From Lepidodermella squamata (Eukaryota; Animalia; Gastrotricha), in the NCBI GenBank assembly GCA_047495785.1, contig JBLDXI010000081.1, forward strand, positions 1 through 64,000: a stretch of 64,000 nucleotides of DNA, read 5' to 3'. Made by a program: the position numbers and the translations under genes. Below are positions 60,010 to 64,000 of this stretch, piece by piece; positions within the stretch are counted from its first letter, which is position 1, and every line of letters starts with the position of its first letter. The notes beneath the pieces are model-generated. The model made no database searches, had not been told where the DNA came from, and saw nothing but the letters and a program-made list of their open reading frames with translations.

Positions 60010-61526
60010 CAGATCTTCCTAGTCTTGAGACACAATAACCAGGCTGGGACCACGTCGAATTTGAGCGGCACAGTATGGAAGCATTCCCTCTGATCGCAAA
60101 GTTTAGGTTGCAGAATATACGTCGGGTGGCTCCGACGCTAGACAGACCAAGAGATACGTTGCCGTTTTGAATCGCCGGAACGGTACCGCAGCCTCAATAG
60201 GACGCGTTTCAAATGCCTTGTAAATGTTTAGAGGTTTTCCTTACCTAGAAGGGTACACCTTCCATTTATCAGTGGTCGAAATGGAGGCATGCACGTGGCA
60301 AAATTAACTGATGATGAGTAGGTATATCCAGGGTTACATTTAACGCTCACGAACCCGCCTTTTTCCACAGCAGCTCCAGGCCTTAGAACTAAGCCAGTAT
60401 CTTCCGAAGTATCTGGGTCCACACGAGTCACAAAGCCCGCGGTTACATTCGGTACGGCACAAGACTGTTCTGTAGTAATACTGTAGCTTCGAACATCTGA
60501 GTTCTCCGATATCCAATCAAGAACCTTGCATGTTCGACTGTAGATTCCAGGAGAGTATCCGTTGCATGACTCATCGCCATTCGAAATTATGCCGAGAAGG
60601 TACATCTGCCTTGATTTCGAGCACATTAGCGGGCCTCCAGAATCTCCAAAGCAAACGTCGCTGTTATCGGCAGCCAAACACATCTTCGAGTCGGTGATGT
60701 TGACCGGATCTGATCGACCGCGGGAATACTCCAGTGAGCAATTCCGGTAAGATCGAACTTGAAGTTCCAGCTTCCTCGGGATCTCAGATAATCTGGCTAA
60801 AATACGAAATAGTGATAAGGCTGTGGTGATAATGGTGTCTAACTGCGCGCGAAATGACCCCAGCCAGCTGCAACCGCTGAACCGCATTGGTCGATCGAAC
60901 TTGTGATGAAAGTGTTGTTTCGGCACATGGTTGTCACGTCAGGTAAACAAATCGGTTTGATCTGCTGCGAGAATCTAGGAACAGGACTCATCAATCGCAG
61001 TAGAGCGAAGTCGTAGTCGTAGAAATTCCGACTTCCGTTGTAAAGCGGATGAACCACAGGTGGCAGAGAAACAAAGGATTCGTAAGAGGCTGTCTCAGTC
61101 CGAACACTTATGTTATGCCGACCTAGAAATGCTTTGATCCTGTAGAAACAAAAAATGGACAATCAAAAATAGCTGGAATACAGAAAAACTACAAGATTGG
61201 AGTTTCCTCGGAGTTCCAAACGCAATGAGCAGCAGTTATCAGCCATTGCCTCGAGATGAGAGAAGCTCCGCAATATAGGGTTGACGTTTCGCGGCTGTTG
61301 TAAATCTCGAGGAAGACCTTGCACAAACATCCCGTTTCAGTTCATTTGAATTACCAGTTGAACTTACTAGCCATGGGTACTCATGTGCTTCTACTGGGCG
61401 ACTGCCGGGGCCTCTTGATTTCCCCGTAGCGGTGGGGTTCACTGCGCCGCATTCGAGATCTTGAGCATCCACTACTCTGGATACCAAACTGGACCAAAGG
61501 AGAGTGATTGTTATGAGACGGCGCAT
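60010..61526 (-). CDS. Trypsin-like serine protease + sushi domains, copy B (uninterrupted, 2 CCP seen)
   Basis: ITAAHC, DFALL, DVCFGDSGGP; continuous WISENSDVRSYSITTEQSCAVP linker. 3' end approximate. Confidence 0.85.
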
Positions 61527-62090
61527 TTTGTATGCTTTATACAGAAAAAGCTGACCTACAGGCTACAGCTTACTACAAAACGCCTGTTCGTGTAGCTTGT
61601 AGCTTGCGTCTAATGTTTAATGCAATTCTTTTATTAACAATTCATTTCTCCTGCGTTTTTCTCTCATTGTTATTTTACCTAGGTAAGTTATATAAGAAAG
61701 ACCATTCGTAGTAGGCCTGATGACAAGTATAAATAAAAGTATAAATAAAACGAAGCAATAAAACTCTGAAGTTCCATCTTTTTTCTCTGCAATTCGCAAT
61801 TTCATGTTTTCTCTGGAATCTTGAATACTTTTCTGGAAATTCGCCGATAGGTGCAATAATTCATGAATTTCGGCAAGAATTCTGTGGCAGTTATCCGGAA
61901 AAATTCCGGAAATTTCAGAAAAATCCATGATGTTCTTGAGAACTTTCTCTATTCGGCGATAAAAAACTTCTCGACTTTTAGAAAATACAAATGAATTTAT
62001 TATGAAAATGGTTATGAAAGTAATTTCAAAGTTACATACTAGCATGATCAATGAAAATCCCATTGTTTCCAGATTGACAGCATAAAGATT

Positions 62091-64000
62091 TTATTGATTG
62101 ATAATGCGCAGAGTGATAAACGATATTTCTCTTAACCAATTTCTTTTTGAGAAGGTATAATTGAAAGGTTGAAAGCTAATCATAGCATTTTTCAGTCTTG
62201 ACATCTCGCAGTAATATTTCGCTTTTATTTTAAATTCGCTCGCACAATCCAGCGATGAGATTGAAGCATTGTTGCTGCTTCAGCTGATCATTGTCCAACG
62301 CGTAGCCTAGAATATATCAAATACAAAGCAACCGAAAACGTTCGGCGAAAAACTCACAGTACTCTGTTTCGCTGGGCGCAGGGTTACCGGCGATTTGAAT
62401 CAGCGAGCTATCGAAGGTCTGGCCTGTTATCCAAGTTTTCTCAGCCAGATCCGACCTTTTTCCATTTGTCCAAACGTACAATGTGCCGAAATCGTTCATC
62501 ATACTGATGGTTCGGTTGTACGTATCGTTGTCGGTTACGGTTGGAAGCGCCCGGCTTAACGACAAGCACTTAGCCGCAGCATGCGACCAGTTACCGACAA
62601 GCTCGTTCGAGAAGAGAGACCTGAGACTTGCAGAATCCTAAGCATGCAATCTGTGTAGCTAAGGGATAAAAAGTTCCAGAACTCACGTTGCCGCTTCTGT
62701 AACAAACCGCGCTGTCAGCTGGTTGCGAACAGTCCTTATCGACCAAGCCGTTTCCAGTTATTGCCAGACCTAAAGGCACAGCAAGGAAACTGAACAATAC
62801 ATCGGAAATCGGAAACAAATTGTTTTATAAAGAGTATCTAGTTTGCGGATCAGTGCGCGAAGTACCGAGAGATTCGGGGTACGGGGTACGTATCATACCA
62901 CCAAGTTGACAAGGTCGAAGTTGAAACCCTTTGGTCGCAAATTTCTGGCCTGAAACCTGATACCTGATAATTCAAGGATCCTACTTCGCGTCCTATGCCC
63001 TCGAATTTGCAAGGCCAAGGTGGAAAGCTTAAATGAAACAACTTTGATCATAAAATGTTGGCCTATAAGTTCGGATCCTATAAGGAATAGAGGAATCCAT
63101 TAAAAGGATATAGAAATCCTATAAGGAATATAGGAACCCTGTAAAGGATATAGGAATCTTATAAGGAATATAAGGATCCTACATCGCGCCCTTTTGTGGA
63201 TGCGTATTAGAAAATTGACCAGTTTCACTTACAAGAGCCCCAACCCGCTGGGCTGTTTGAATCCCAGAACGGCGACGTCATGTCGACGATCGAGTTATCG
63301 GCCTGCCAGCGAAAAGTACCCGTCAACCCTATGAGAGCCACGCCGCTGGGAGGCAGGGCGAGAATCGCTGCAGCGACATCGGCCTTGGTCTGCATGGTGG
63401 CTAGCCGGCCGCCGTTTTGTGCACAGGCATCTAGTTGCATGCGGAAGGTGCCGATAAACTGTGGTGATATGAAGTACGTCTTGTTGGAGCCTAGAGCGAG
63501 AATTTCGAGCAAGCACCTGGCGTGATTTGCCGCGAACTTGGGCGCAGAACTATAGGTTTTCACCTGTGAAAAAGCAATCGATAATGCAACGAAGAACTGT
63601 TTACTTAAAACTTACTCGTGTGGTTCCAGCTGGGCAGTTGCTGTAGCATTTTTTGCCAGTAGGAGTGTCACACTGAACAGCGTACTATACAAAATTCATT
63701 TTTCCAATTCATATTTAATTGAGATGGCTCGCAAGCAGCTCTTACCCATGATTCACAGTTGTCCTTGTTCCGATAGACTCGGCTCGAGTACTGGTCAGTT
63801 TCGTTGGCGAGGCAGCCGGTGCTGTTGAGGCGGCATGCGATGAACTTGCCATCGGCTGCATTGAAACACCGTTTGTGTGGCTTCCGAACATCAGGAAGCG
63901 TAGCTTTACCGAAAAATTAAGACAAATCGAAAACGTTTATTGAACAATGACTAGCCACCGCACCATTAGCGCTACGAAGGCAAGTGTCCAGATTTCCAAT
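62091..64000 (-). CDS. Multi-exon C-type lectin-domain protein, 5' end outside the window
   Basis: CAQNGGRLATM..ALIGL..FRW..FW..SP; second CTLD-like CLSLSRALPTV..VWTNG..W..YYCE; short introns. Boundaries approximate. Confidence 0.6.
63075..63180 (+). repeat. ~20-bp minisatellite (atcctataaggaatatagga-like) in an intron
   Basis: About five degenerate tandem units. Confidence 0.85.

Overview
AT-rich eukaryotic (invertebrate animal-like) genomic DNA with short GT-AG introns, mostly about 50-70 nt. I cannot identify the species. The first 8.3 kb is an apparently perfect giant palindrome (arms 19-4114 and 4190-8285, 75-nt loop). It folds back at the end of a LINE ORF1-like gene and duplicates an intronless LamG + catalytically dead trypsin gene. 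It is either a young foldback inversion or an amplification/assembly chimera. The rest is a duplication mosaic of secreted and sensory genes: an orphan 2-Cys secreted peptide family (4 copies), an atlastin/GBP-like GTPase with no membrane anchor, two astacin-EGF-CUB-kringle-2xCTLD metalloproteases plus fragments, and four divergent Cys-loop receptor copies with a very short intracellular loop. It also holds an inverted duplicate pair of trypsin-sushi + ankyrin-array genes, a prolyl 4-hydroxylase alpha and a C-type lectin gene running off the window. Many non-autonomous DNA transposons have readable TIRs/TSDs (hAT-, Mutator- and Tc1/mariner-type), and there is a decayed non-LTR RT and a tRNA-Arg-like remnant. 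All domain calls are by motif recognition, not database search.
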